Shown here in pieces: positions 9,066 to 17,194 of a stretch of DNA of 64,000 nucleotides. The stretch spans positions 485 through 64,484 of the forward strand of contig URCP01000003.1 of NCBI GenBank assembly GCA_900546315.1, written 5' to 3'. The stretch is from an uncultured Eubacteriales bacterium (GTDB lineage: Bacteria > Bacillota > Clostridia > Oscillospirales > CAG-272). Under the pieces are notes generated by a model that saw nothing but the letters and a program-made list of their open reading frames with translations, had not been told where the DNA came from and did no database searches. Positions within the stretch are counted from its first letter, which is position 1. Every line of letters starts with the position of its first letter. Made by a program: the position numbers and the translations under genes.

Positions 9066-9188
9066 AGTCTGAAAATAAATTTTCAGACCAAACAGTTTTG
9101 AGGCTTTCACGACATGGGGCGTGAATTTTGAAAGACGGACAAGCCGTCTTTCAAAACCGCCTCAAAACTGTAAGTTAGTACGAAAGGT
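9066..9188 (+). repeat. Intercistronic repeat family 2, full-length copy (hairpin + three-way-junction palindrome + SD block)
   Basis: Contains GTCTGAAAA-TAAA-TTTTCAGAC (9067-9088). Outer stem CAGTTTTGAGGC (9093-9104) / GCCTCAAAACTG (9159-9170) encloses hairpins 9106-9125 and 9126-9156 (13-bp stem). It ends in TAAGTTAGTACGAAAGG, which contains the SD. Shorter copies lie at 15281..15323 and 53835..53880. Confidence 0.7.
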
Positions 9189-9200
9189 ATGGTCATAAAA

Positions 9201-10310
9201 ATGAAAAAAGTAAAAACCGCAGTCGTAGGGCTTAATCGTGGCTCTGATCTCGCGAGACACATCCTGAACTTTGCGCACAGCCTCGAACTCGTCGCGGTAT
9301 GTGACCTCGACAAGGCGAAAGCCGATAAATTCGCGCTTGAAAACAACATTCCCGCTGTCTTTTATTCGCTCGACGAGCTTCTGAAGACTGACGTAGAGGC
9401 GGTCGTCCTCGCGACGCCGATACCCGATCACGCAAACCATGTCGTCGCGGCTCTCGGCGCGGGAAAGCATGTGCTCTCCGAGGTCACCTGCGCGACGACG
9501 ATGGAGGACTGCCTGCGCATCGCGAACGCCGTGAAGACCGCGAAGGGCAAGTACATGATGGAGGAGAACTACTGCTACTATCGCCCGCTGACCATCGTTC
9601 AGAACATGATCAAAGCGGGTCTCCTCGGCGACATCTATTACGGCGAGAGCGATTACCTGATGGACTTCCAGCTCCGCCCCGGCTTCCCGGACAAGCTCCA
9701 GTCGTGGAGACGAGAGGTCTATTTCGGGCGTCAGGGGCATCCGTATATCACGCACACTCTGGGTCCGCTCTGTTTCACGATGGGCTCCGACATCAAGACG
9801 GTCACATGTATGTCCGCCGGGCACAGCTTCCCGGAGCTTGCAGCCGACAACACCTGTGTCCTGATGCTCCAGACGAAGGACGGCGGAATGATCAGACTCC
9901 GCAACAGCTTCGTCTCGAGCCGCCCCGATCTCTACACCTACTACAGCGTTCAGGGAACGAAGGGCTGCTATCAGGGACCGCAGGGACCAACCGATTTCCA
10001 CAAGATACACATCCGCGGTCTCTGCCGCCCGAACGAGTGGCGCAACGTCTACGATTTCCGCGGCTTCCTTCCGAAGGAGTGGGACATTTTCCCGGAAAAC
10101 CACTTCGACGACACAAAGGACAACGGCACTGAGAAGTTCGATATCGGCGCGCCGCTCCTGCTCGAAGCCTTCGCGAACTGCATTATAAACAACACCGAAC
10201 CGCCGGTCAGCGCGGCGCGCGCCCTGAACTGGACGGCAGCCGGGCTGCTCTCCGAGGCGTCGGTGAACGGCGGCGGAATTCCGGTCGAGGTTCCGGATTT
10301 CGGATTGTAA
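9201..10310 (+). CDS. Gfo/Idh/MocA family NAD(P)-dependent oxidoreductase
   Basis: N-terminal Rossmann KTAVVGLNRG..., then EVTCATT and GHPYITHTLGP. The ATG at 9201 is better spaced from the GAAAGG SD than the ATG at 9189. Confidence 0.85.
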   Translation: MKKVKTAVVGLNRGSDLARHILNFAHSLELVAVCDLDKAKADKFALENNIPAVFYSLDELLKTDVEAVVLATPIPDHANHVVAALGAGKHVLSEVTCATTMEDCLRIANAVKTAKGKYMMEENYCYYRPLTIVQNMIKAGLLGDIYYGESDYLMDFQLRPGFPDKLQSWRREVYFGRQGHPYITHTLGPLCFTMGSDIKTVTCMSAGHSFPELAADNTCVLMLQTKDGGMIRLRNSFVSSRPDLYTYYSVQGTKGCYQGPQGPTDFHKIHIRGLCRPNEWRNVYDFRGFLPKEWDIFPENHFDDTKDNGTEKFDIGAPLLLEAFANCIINNTEPPVSAARALNWTAAGLLSEASVNGGGIPVEVPDFGL

Positions 10311-10326
10311 GAAAGGATGTTAATCT

Positions 10327-11433
10327 ATGGATAAATTACGAGTCGGAGTCGTCGGATTACAGCGGGGAAGCGTTCACTGCGCGAATTCGGTCGCCTCGGA
10401 AAACACAGAACTCGTCGCGGTCTGCGACATCGACAAGGCAAAGGCGGATCGTTTCGCCGGAAAATACGGCGTCCGCGCGTATTATGATCACCGTGAACTC
10501 TGCGCGGCGGATGATATCGACGCGGTCATAATGGCGACGCCGATCGACGTCCACGCCGAAACCGTCGTCGACGCGCTGAACGCCGGAAAGCACGTGATGA
10601 GCGAGGTCATTGTCGCGACCACTCTCGACGACATAAGACGTATCGGAGACGCGATAAAGAAGAGCGGAAAAGTGTACATGATGGCGGAAAACTACTGCTA
10701 CATCCGCCCGCTTCTGATAGTTGAGGAGATGATAAAGCGCGGTATGTTCGGCGAGATCTACTACGCCGAGAGCGACTATCTGAAAGATTTTCAGGAATAC
10801 CACCCGCTCTTCCCGAACATAGGCGGCTGGCGTCAGAAGACCTATTTCGGCCGCCGCGGACATCCGTACATCACGCACACGATAGGTCCGCTCCTCCACA
10901 TCATGAACGAAAAAGTGACAAAGGTATCCTGCATGGCGTCCGGACGCGCGTTTGATATGCCGGCGGACAGCACCTGCGCGTTGATGCTTGAGACCGAAAA
11001 GAAGCATCTGATCAGGCTCCGCGCGAGCTTTGTCTCTCCCCGCCCGGACAACGTTACCTACTACAGCTTTCAGGGAACGAAAGGCTGCTATCAGGCGCCG
11101 CAGGGACCGACCGACTTCCACAAGGTCTTCATAAAAGATATCTGCAAGCCCGGCGAGTGGAAGAACGTCTACGAATTCAAGGATCTTGTCACGGATGAGT
11201 GGAAGAAGTACTGGAATCCGGATAACTACGCCGCCGATCTGCCCGACAACGACACATACGCGCTGTATGACTGCGGCGCGCTGATGATGCTCGACAGGTT
11301 CGCCGACTGCGTCATGAACGGCACTCCGGTTCCGGTGTCGTTTGAGGACGCGGCGAACTGGACGGCGGCGGGTCTGCTCTCGGCGGATTCGGTGAACCTC
11401 GGCTCGGTGCCGATCGACGTTCCGGAATTTTGA
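10327..11433 (+). CDS. Gfo/Idh/MocA family oxidoreductase, tandem paralogue of 9201..10310
   Basis: Colinear similarity to the preceding protein along its full length (RVGVVGLQRG, MAENYCYIRPL, GHPYITHTIGP, NWTAAGLLS). Confidence 0.85.
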   Translation: MDKLRVGVVGLQRGSVHCANSVASENTELVAVCDIDKAKADRFAGKYGVRAYYDHRELCAADDIDAVIMATPIDVHAETVVDALNAGKHVMSEVIVATTLDDIRRIGDAIKKSGKVYMMAENYCYIRPLLIVEEMIKRGMFGEIYYAESDYLKDFQEYHPLFPNIGGWRQKTYFGRRGHPYITHTIGPLLHIMNEKVTKVSCMASGRAFDMPADSTCALMLETEKKHLIRLRASFVSPRPDNVTYYSFQGTKGCYQAPQGPTDFHKVFIKDICKPGEWKNVYEFKDLVTDEWKKYWNPDNYAADLPDNDTYALYDCGALMMLDRFADCVMNGTPVPVSFEDAANWTAAGLLSADSVNLGSVPIDVPEF

Positions 11434-11451
11434 ATAAAGGAGATACCACTG

Positions 11452-12921
11452 ATGAAAAACAGAACAAGAACCCGATTCACATTCATACTCTCGCTGATCC
11501 TTGCGTCCTCGGCACTGTTTTCCTGCGGAGGCGAAACGAAAGAAGCGTCCGGGACGACAGCAAGTGACACGACGTCCGATGCTGTTACCTCTGAGCTCTC
11601 GATTGAGGATCAACGCAAGCTGATTGACGACGAGCTTCCGGAGATGGACTTCGGCGGAGATACCTTCAACATCACCGTCAACACCTTTTGTCAGGACGGA
11701 TTCATCAGTGAAGAGCTTAACGGCGACGTGCTGTCTGACGCTATATATCATCGCAACAAGACGGTCGAAGACAGATTCAACGTGAAGCTCAACTTTATCA
11801 CTGGGTACTACGGCGACCTCGCGAGCGCCGTGCGGGCGTCCGTTACCGCCGGGGACGACGAATACCAGCTGCTGACCCAGCACGCGACAACGGCTAACGG
11901 ATGGGTATCTGCGGGTATTCTCACAAACTGGTACGATATAAATTACATTGACTTCGAGAAACCGTGGTGGTCTCCGAGTACGCGCGAGGACCTGACATAT
12001 AATGGCAAGGCGTTCTTCGCGGTCGGAGATTTCTCGCTGACCTCTATCGGACGAACCTTCTCGATCTACTATGACAAGGTTTATGCGGAATCCTATCAGC
12101 TTCCGGATATGTATCAACTGGTGCGCGACGGTAAGTGGACGATAGACAAGCTCTCCGAGCTCACGAAGGACGTATATACCGACCTTAACAATGACGGAAA
12201 GCGCGACTTCGAGGATTTCTACGGCTATTCGACGGCGACAAGCAGTCCGTGCGCGTTTCTGTTCACGTCCGGCGTCAAGATCATTCATGACGGCGAGCTT
12301 GTGCTCGACGTTGAAAGAACCGCTGATGTCATCTCAAAGGCAATAAGTCTCTGCCGGGTCAATCAGGGAACATTTTATGACTTGAAGTACAAGAACGCCG
12401 CCGGCAATGACAACTACGCCGGAATCGAGAAAATGGCTGAGGGAACGACTCTCTTCGCCACCGCGCTGCTCGAGTCGGGAATAACCTATCTCCGCGATTA
12501 CGAAAACGATTACGGGATACTGCCGTATCCGAAATTTAACGAGGAGCAGAACGATTATATCCAGTTCGTCGACGGCGGCGTCACGATAATGGCCGTCCCT
12601 AAGACTGTTGCCGACACAGATCGGGCAGGAATCATTGCCGAAGCGCTCTGTGCCGAAACTTACAAAAATGTGATCCCGATCTACTACGAAACCGTACTCA
12701 AAACAAAGGGCGCTCGCGACGAGGAATCGATAGAGATGATAGACTTCATCATCTCGAAGCGCGTATTCGATTTCGGCTTCGTGTTCGATGGCTGGAAAGG
12801 TTTCGGTTTCGTTGTCAATGACTGTGTCAGGGCGAAAGACCCGAATTTCGCGTCGTACTACGCAAAGAACATAAACAAGGTCACGGCTCATTACAACGAG
12901 ATTCTGGCTTGCTTCGAATAA
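11452..12921 (+). CDS. ABC-transporter extracellular solute-binding lipoprotein (sugar-type)
   Basis: Signal peptide with lipobox ALFSCGG. Paralogous to the fragment at 3..683. No permease or ATPase genes are adjacent. Confidence 0.85.
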   Translation: MKNRTRTRFTFILSLILASSALFSCGGETKEASGTTASDTTSDAVTSELSIEDQRKLIDDELPEMDFGGDTFNITVNTFCQDGFISEELNGDVLSDAIYHRNKTVEDRFNVKLNFITGYYGDLASAVRASVTAGDDEYQLLTQHATTANGWVSAGILTNWYDINYIDFEKPWWSPSTREDLTYNGKAFFAVGDFSLTSIGRTFSIYYDKVYAESYQLPDMYQLVRDGKWTIDKLSELTKDVYTDLNNDGKRDFEDFYGYSTATSSPCAFLFTSGVKIIHDGELVLDVERTADVISKAISLCRVNQGTFYDLKYKNAAGNDNYAGIEKMAEGTTLFATALLESGITYLRDYENDYGILPYPKFNEEQNDYIQFVDGGVTIMAVPKTVADTDRAGIIAEALCAETYKNVIPIYYETVLKTKGARDEESIEMIDFIISKRVFDFGFVFDGWKGFGFVVNDCVRAKDPNFASYYAKNINKVTAHYNEILACFE

Positions 12922-12929
12922 AAACGAAA

Positions 12930-13080
12930 AGGGACTGTCGCATTTAAGGGAAATATTTCCATTTTCATGGCATTATGCACAATAATTCAAGTTTACCAAT
13001 ATGGTATGGACCTCGAAAATTGTTCATATTGACCATCAAATGGAAGTGATTTCCAAACTTGCGACAGCCCCGTGTTTTTT
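12930..13080 (+). other. Terminator-like stem split by a ~118-nt AT-rich insertion
   Basis: GGGACTGTCGCA (12930-12941) pairs with TGCGACAGCCCC (13060-13071, one mismatch) and is followed by GTGTTTTTT. The same stem sequence forms a compact terminator at 61944..61973. The interior 12942-13059 is strikingly AT-rich. Confidence 0.45.
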
Positions 13081-14222
13081 CATATCATCAGAAATCTTCC
13101 GAAAGCAATATCAGCCGCCGCCCTCACTTTCATATCGGGACCGGAGAACGCCGGAAGGACCTTGATTCTCTGAATATTTCTCCGGATCGTCCGGCTGTTT
13201 ATGATGTCCTCCATCTTGTACATGACGCGCTCGACGCCATAGAGAATATCTCCCGCGAGAAGCACGGTATCAATATTCACGAGATTCGCCGCGCTGACTA
13301 TTCCCGACGCGAGATACTCGCACTCGCGGTCGATTATGTCCGCCGCCTCACCGGAATCCGAGTCGACCACCTCATTCCAGCTGTCGAACGAAGTCCCCTT
13401 CAGAAGCGCCGGTATCGCGGCGTATGTCTCAAGACAGCCGTAATTCCCGCAGCTGCACCTCTCTCCCTTGAAGCTTATCGAAATATGCCCGAACTCACCG
13501 GCAGACCCACCAAGCCCGAGCAGAACATGACCGCCAGACACAATCCCGGCACCGACGCCGCTGTCAACAAGAAGGAGCATATAATCCTCGCTGCCGCCGG
13601 TCCCGGGCTTTTTGTAATTGTATCTCGCGAGACAGGATGTGTTGTTCTCAAGGTACACCGGCATATCTGTCCTGCACTTGAGATAATCGACAATAGCGGT
13701 ATTGTGCCAGAGATCAAAGCGCGGCGGATTCAGTATCCGTCCGCTTTTTTCGTCGAGAGGTCCGGGAGCCGAGAGTCCGAGACCTATGATGCGCTCAGGG
13801 GCTACCCCGCTCTCATATATCATGTCGTCAACGGCGTCGACCAGCGGGTCAAGCTTATCACCGGCACGGAACCCGGAGAGATGCAGTCTGCGCTTCGCGG
13901 CAACCTCTCCGCAGATATCGACTATTCCGGCGGTGCATCCATCGCGGTTCAGATACACTCCCACGGCGAAGCTGCGCCCTTCCCGCATTCTCAGATATGA
14001 TGAATTCTTTTTCTTGCGGGCATTTTCGGGCGCGCCGTCCATCTCTTCTATGAATCCCTCGTCAAGCAGCTCATCAGCTATCAGCGAGACCGCCGTTCTG
14101 GAAAGCCCTGTGGCCTTAACGATCGAGCTCCTTGTCGTCGGCGCGGCACGAAGAATGTGCAGAAATGTCCTCCGGTTATAGTCCTTTATATAATCAGCGT
14201 TGCGTGGGGTTGCCATCGTCAA
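13080..14222 (-). CDS. ROK family transcriptional repressor (wHTH + ROK sugar-kinase-like domain)
   Basis: N-terminal HTH (RSSIVKATGLSRTAVSLIADELLDEGFI), the ROK glycine-rich region, and a Zn-binding CSCGNYGCLE motif. Confidence 0.85.
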   Translation of the reverse strand: MTMATPRNADYIKDYNRRTFLHILRAAPTTRSSIVKATGLSRTAVSLIADELLDEGFIEEMDGAPENARKKKNSSYLRMREGRSFAVGVYLNRDGCTAGIVDICGEVAAKRRLHLSGFRAGDKLDPLVDAVDDMIYESGVAPERIIGLGLSAPGPLDEKSGRILNPPRFDLWHNTAIVDYLKCRTDMPVYLENNTSCLARYNYKKPGTGGSEDYMLLLVDSGVGAGIVSGGHVLLGLGGSAGEFGHISISFKGERCSCGNYGCLETYAAIPALLKGTSFDSWNEVVDSDSGEAADIIDRECEYLASGIVSAANLVNIDTVLLAGDILYGVERVMYKMEDIINSRTIRRNIQRIKVLPAFSGPDMKVRAAADIAFGRFLMI

Positions 14223-14343
14223 AAACTATCCTTTCATTTCTAATCTAAATAATTATATGATACCATATAATCTCCTGTTTGTCAAGACATTTTATGGCAG
14301 TGACGTCTCAATATAATTCCACTTTATATTTTTGTAATACAAC

Positions 14344-14372
14344 TTAACAAATAATATCAAATGCGATATAAT
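14344..14372 (+). promoter_or_regulatory. SigmaA-type promoter for the aldose-epimerase/kinase operon
   Basis: TTAACA (14344-14349), 17-nt spacer, TATAAT (14367-14372), in the AT-rich region divergent from the ROK gene. Confidence 0.5.
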
Positions 14373-14404
14373 AAAAGCGACAATTAATTGAGGAAGCTTT
14401 TGAT

Positions 14405-15268
14405 TTGAATTTCATGCGTATAAATAACAGAACGCTCTCGGCTTTGGTGAACCGTCACGGCGCCGAACTGACCGCGCTTATGCGATCCGGAACAGATTAT
14501 CTGTGGTCGGGCGACGCGAGGGTCTGGGGGCAGATTTCGCCGCTACTCTTTCCGATAGTCGGCAGACAGATCGGCGACTCCTACTCATATAACGGCAAGA
14601 ACTACCATATGCCTCGGCACGGATTCGCGATGGATATGGATTTTGAGTTTTCAAACCAGACAGACAGCTCGGTGGAACTGCCATTCAGCTCCTCGTCTGA
14701 AAGCGGTCTGCGGGAAATATACCCGTTTGATTTTTCACTGAGGTCGGTCTTCTCGTTTGAGAACGACACGCTTATAGTACGGCGGATCGTTTGGAACACC
14801 GGCGATACGGAAATGCTCTTTTCGCTCGGAGAGCACACCGGATTCCGCCTTCCGGTCGGGAACGAAAAATTTGAGGATTGTTACCTTGAATTCTCCACGG
14901 ACGAGGATCTCGACAGATATTATCTCGACGACGAGATAATCGTCGGGAACGAGGACTACCTTCACGGGCGGGTCATCCCAATTACGCGTGAGCTTTTTGA
15001 CCGCGGCGCGCTGATATTCAAGAATCCGCGCTCGGACTCGATCGCGCTGAAGAGCCGCCATGACGGGCACTCGGTCAGAGTCTCTCTTAGCGGCTGGAAC
15101 AACCTCGGAATCTGGGCAAAGCCCGGCGCCGACTATTTCTGCATTGAACCGTGGAACGGAATAGCGTCCTCCGCGGGAGCTTCGGACAGGCTTGATGAAA
15201 AAGACAGAATCCGCCGCCTCGCGCCGCAGCAAAGCGAGACATTCGTGATGAGAATAACCATAAAATAA
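14405..15268 (+). CDS. Aldose 1-epimerase family protein (LacX-like)
   Basis: LFPIVGR...YHMPRHGFA...CIEPW motifs are typical of the galactose-mutarotase-like family. TTG start 7 nt after GAGGAAG. Confidence 0.8.
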   Translation: MNFMRINNRTLSALVNRHGAELTALMRSGTDYLWSGDARVWGQISPLLFPIVGRQIGDSYSYNGKNYHMPRHGFAMDMDFEFSNQTDSSVELPFSSSSESGLREIYPFDFSLRSVFSFENDTLIVRRIVWNTGDTEMLFSLGEHTGFRLPVGNEKFEDCYLEFSTDEDLDRYYLDDEIIVGNEDYLHGRVIPITRELFDRGALIFKNPRSDSIALKSRHDGHSVRVSLSGWNNLGIWAKPGADYFCIEPWNGIASSAGASDRLDEKDRIRRLAPQQSETFVMRITIK

Positions 15269-15280
15269 ATGGAGGACATA

Positions 15281-15323
15281 AGTCTGAAAGTAAATTTTCA
15301 GACCAAACAATTAGTACGAAAGG
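15281..15323 (+). repeat. Intercistronic repeat family 2, short copy
   Basis: AGTCTGAAAGTAAATTTTCAGACCAAACAATTAGTACGAAAGG. Nearly identical to 9066-9094 plus 9175-9187, without the 78-nt palindrome. Confidence 0.65.
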
Positions 15324-15330
15324 TATGGTC

Positions 15331-16392
15331 ATGAGAATGAAGATAAGTGAAATACTTGAATACACGGAATTCAGGAGCTTTCTCAACAGGGCAAAGACGG
15401 TGAAGACGCTTCTCATCGGCGACATCTGCACTGATATATACTGGAGCTGCGACATGACAAAGAGCCGCCTCTCGCGTGAGACGCCGCATTTTCCGCTCCC
15501 GGTCGTGCGGGAGCGTATGTCGCTCGGCGCGGGCGGAAACGCCGCCGGGTGTATAAAGTCGCTCGGGGTCAGCGACCTGTCGGTAATCGGAGTGGTCCGG
15601 AACGACTGGAGAGGCGAGTGCCTGCGCCGTCTGCTCGCGGAGCGCGGCATCCCGGACGACTCGGTAATAACCGAAAGAACCGGATTCACGAACGCTTATA
15701 TAAAACCGATGAAGTTCGTTTTTTCCGGAGAGGAGGTCGAGAGCGCGAGGCTTGACTTCGAGAACGAGCTGCCGATATCCCCGGAGACCGAGGAGAAAGT
15801 GATCGCAAAGCTGCGCGAAAAGGCGGCGGACGCTGACATACTCGTCGTCTGCGATCAGTTCAGGAACGGAATAATCACAGACCGCGTGACAGACGAAATA
15901 ACCTCGATAGCCGCGTCCGGGAAGCCCATCGTAGTTGACAGCCGGACAAGAATAGACAAGTTCAGAGGCTGCATACTGAAGCCGAATGAGGTCGAGTGCG
16001 CGGCGGCGCTCGGTAAAACTCCGGACAGAAACGCCGATATAAGCGAATACGCCCTCATCGCGAAGGAGCTCTCGGACAAGATGGGCTCGGGTGTGTGCAT
16101 GACCGTCGGAGACAAGGGCAGCATAACGGTTAATGGTTCCGCGAAGCTGATTCCCGCCGTCGCGATAAAACCGCCGTTTGACGTTGTCGGCGCGGGGGAT
16201 TGTTTTCTGTCGGCGTTCTCGACCGCGGTAGCCGCGGGGTTCCCGTTTGAAAAGGCGGCACTTTTCGGGAACATGGCGTCGTCGATCGTCGTGAAAAAGA
16301 TCGGCACCACCGGCTCGGCATCGCCCGAAGAGCTTGAAACGACATATGCGGAACGAGAAGTTAATTCGGAGAAAGGTATCATGAACATATGA
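15331..16392 (+). CDS. PfkB-family carbohydrate kinase, RfaE/HldE kinase-domain-like
   Basis: LLIGDICTDIYW...RLSRETPHFPLPV...GGAGNAAG resembles heptose-7-phosphate kinases, with a C-terminal GAGDCF motif. The ATG at 15331 lies 7 nt after GAAAGG. Its stop overlaps the next start (ATGA). Confidence 0.8.
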   Translation: MRMKISEILEYTEFRSFLNRAKTVKTLLIGDICTDIYWSCDMTKSRLSRETPHFPLPVVRERMSLGAGGNAAGCIKSLGVSDLSVIGVVRNDWRGECLRRLLAERGIPDDSVITERTGFTNAYIKPMKFVFSGEEVESARLDFENELPISPETEEKVIAKLREKAADADILVVCDQFRNGIITDRVTDEITSIAASGKPIVVDSRTRIDKFRGCILKPNEVECAAALGKTPDRNADISEYALIAKELSDKMGSGVCMTVGDKGSITVNGSAKLIPAVAIKPPFDVVGAGDCFLSAFSTAVAAGFPFEKAALFGNMASSIVVKKIGTTGSASPEELETTYAEREVNSEKGIMNI

Positions 16393-17173
16393 AAGAGCTT
16401 ATAAAGCACGAAAAAACGACAATCAAGGCGGCTGTGTTCGACTTTGACGGTACGATCTCGACCCTTCGCTGCGGATGGGAAGAGGTCATGGAGCCGCTGA
16501 TGCTCGAGTGTATCTCAGGCGAAAAAAAGCGAGCGACGAACTCGTGCGCGAGGTCAGGGATTACATAGACCGCTCGGCCGGAATACAGACGATACTACAG
16601 ATGAAATGGCTCGCAGGACTCGCCGTACAGGAAAATCCCGGCGCGCCGTCAGACCCGTGGTATTACAAGAAGCTCTACAACGGCCGCCTGATGGATAAGA
16701 TCGCCTCGGGAATCTCCGACGCGGAAAACGGCAACTCCGCGGACTACCTGATCGGCGGCAGCATAGAGTTCCTGTCATGGCTGAAAAACGCCGGATGCAC
16801 GCTTTTCGCGGCGAGCGGGACCGATAACGCCGACGTCAGACATGAGGCTGGAGTTCTCGGCGTCTCCGGATATTTTACCCGCATAGAGGGCGCGAAACCC
16901 ATGAGCGAGTCCTGTTCCAAGGAGGCGGCTCTGAGAGAGCTCATCGGCGAGAGCGGCTACAAGCCGGAGAACATCCTCGTCGTCGGCGACGGACCGGTGG
17001 AGATTAAGCTCGGAAGAGAATTCGGAACCCTGACGCTCGGTGTGGCAAGCGACGAGAAGAACCGCCGCGGCTTCAATCCGCGCAAGGTTGAGCGTCTGAC
17101 GGACGCCGGGGCGCACGCGATAGTCGACTGTTTTGAAGATATCGCCACAATTTCCGAATGGATGAACAATTAA
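16389..17173 (+). pseudogene. HAD-superfamily hydrolase, interrupted by a frameshift in an A7 run
   Basis: The N-terminal 59 codons (MKELIK...VFDFDGTIS, HAD motif I) are in one frame and stop at 16566-16568. The remainder (ASDELVREV... ASGTD ... VVGDGPVE) continues in the frame of track ORF 16475..17173. The switch point is A7 at 16522-16528; one extra A would restore a ~261-aa ORF. Confidence 0.7.
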
Positions 17174-17194
17174 ATTAAAACGGAGGTACAAACC

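Noticed and set aside
10357-12288. Very long ORFs antisense to or overlapping annotated genes. Examples are 10357..12288 (643 aa), 49164..50549 (461 aa), 44563..45975 (470 aa), 29508..30857 (449 aa), 36772..37998 (408 aa), 32961..34025, 13059..14000, 39779..40750 and 20800..21534.
   Set aside because: All are Arg/His/Pro/Leu-rich low-complexity translations lying opposite genes with strong family motifs, lack SDs, and are the usual stop-poor antisense frames of GC-rich coding DNA.
12967-13032. A 21-codon ORF (MALCTIIQVYQYGMDLENCSY) inside the AT-rich insertion.
   Set aside because: It has no SD, an AT-rich random-looking composition, and nothing to suggest translation.
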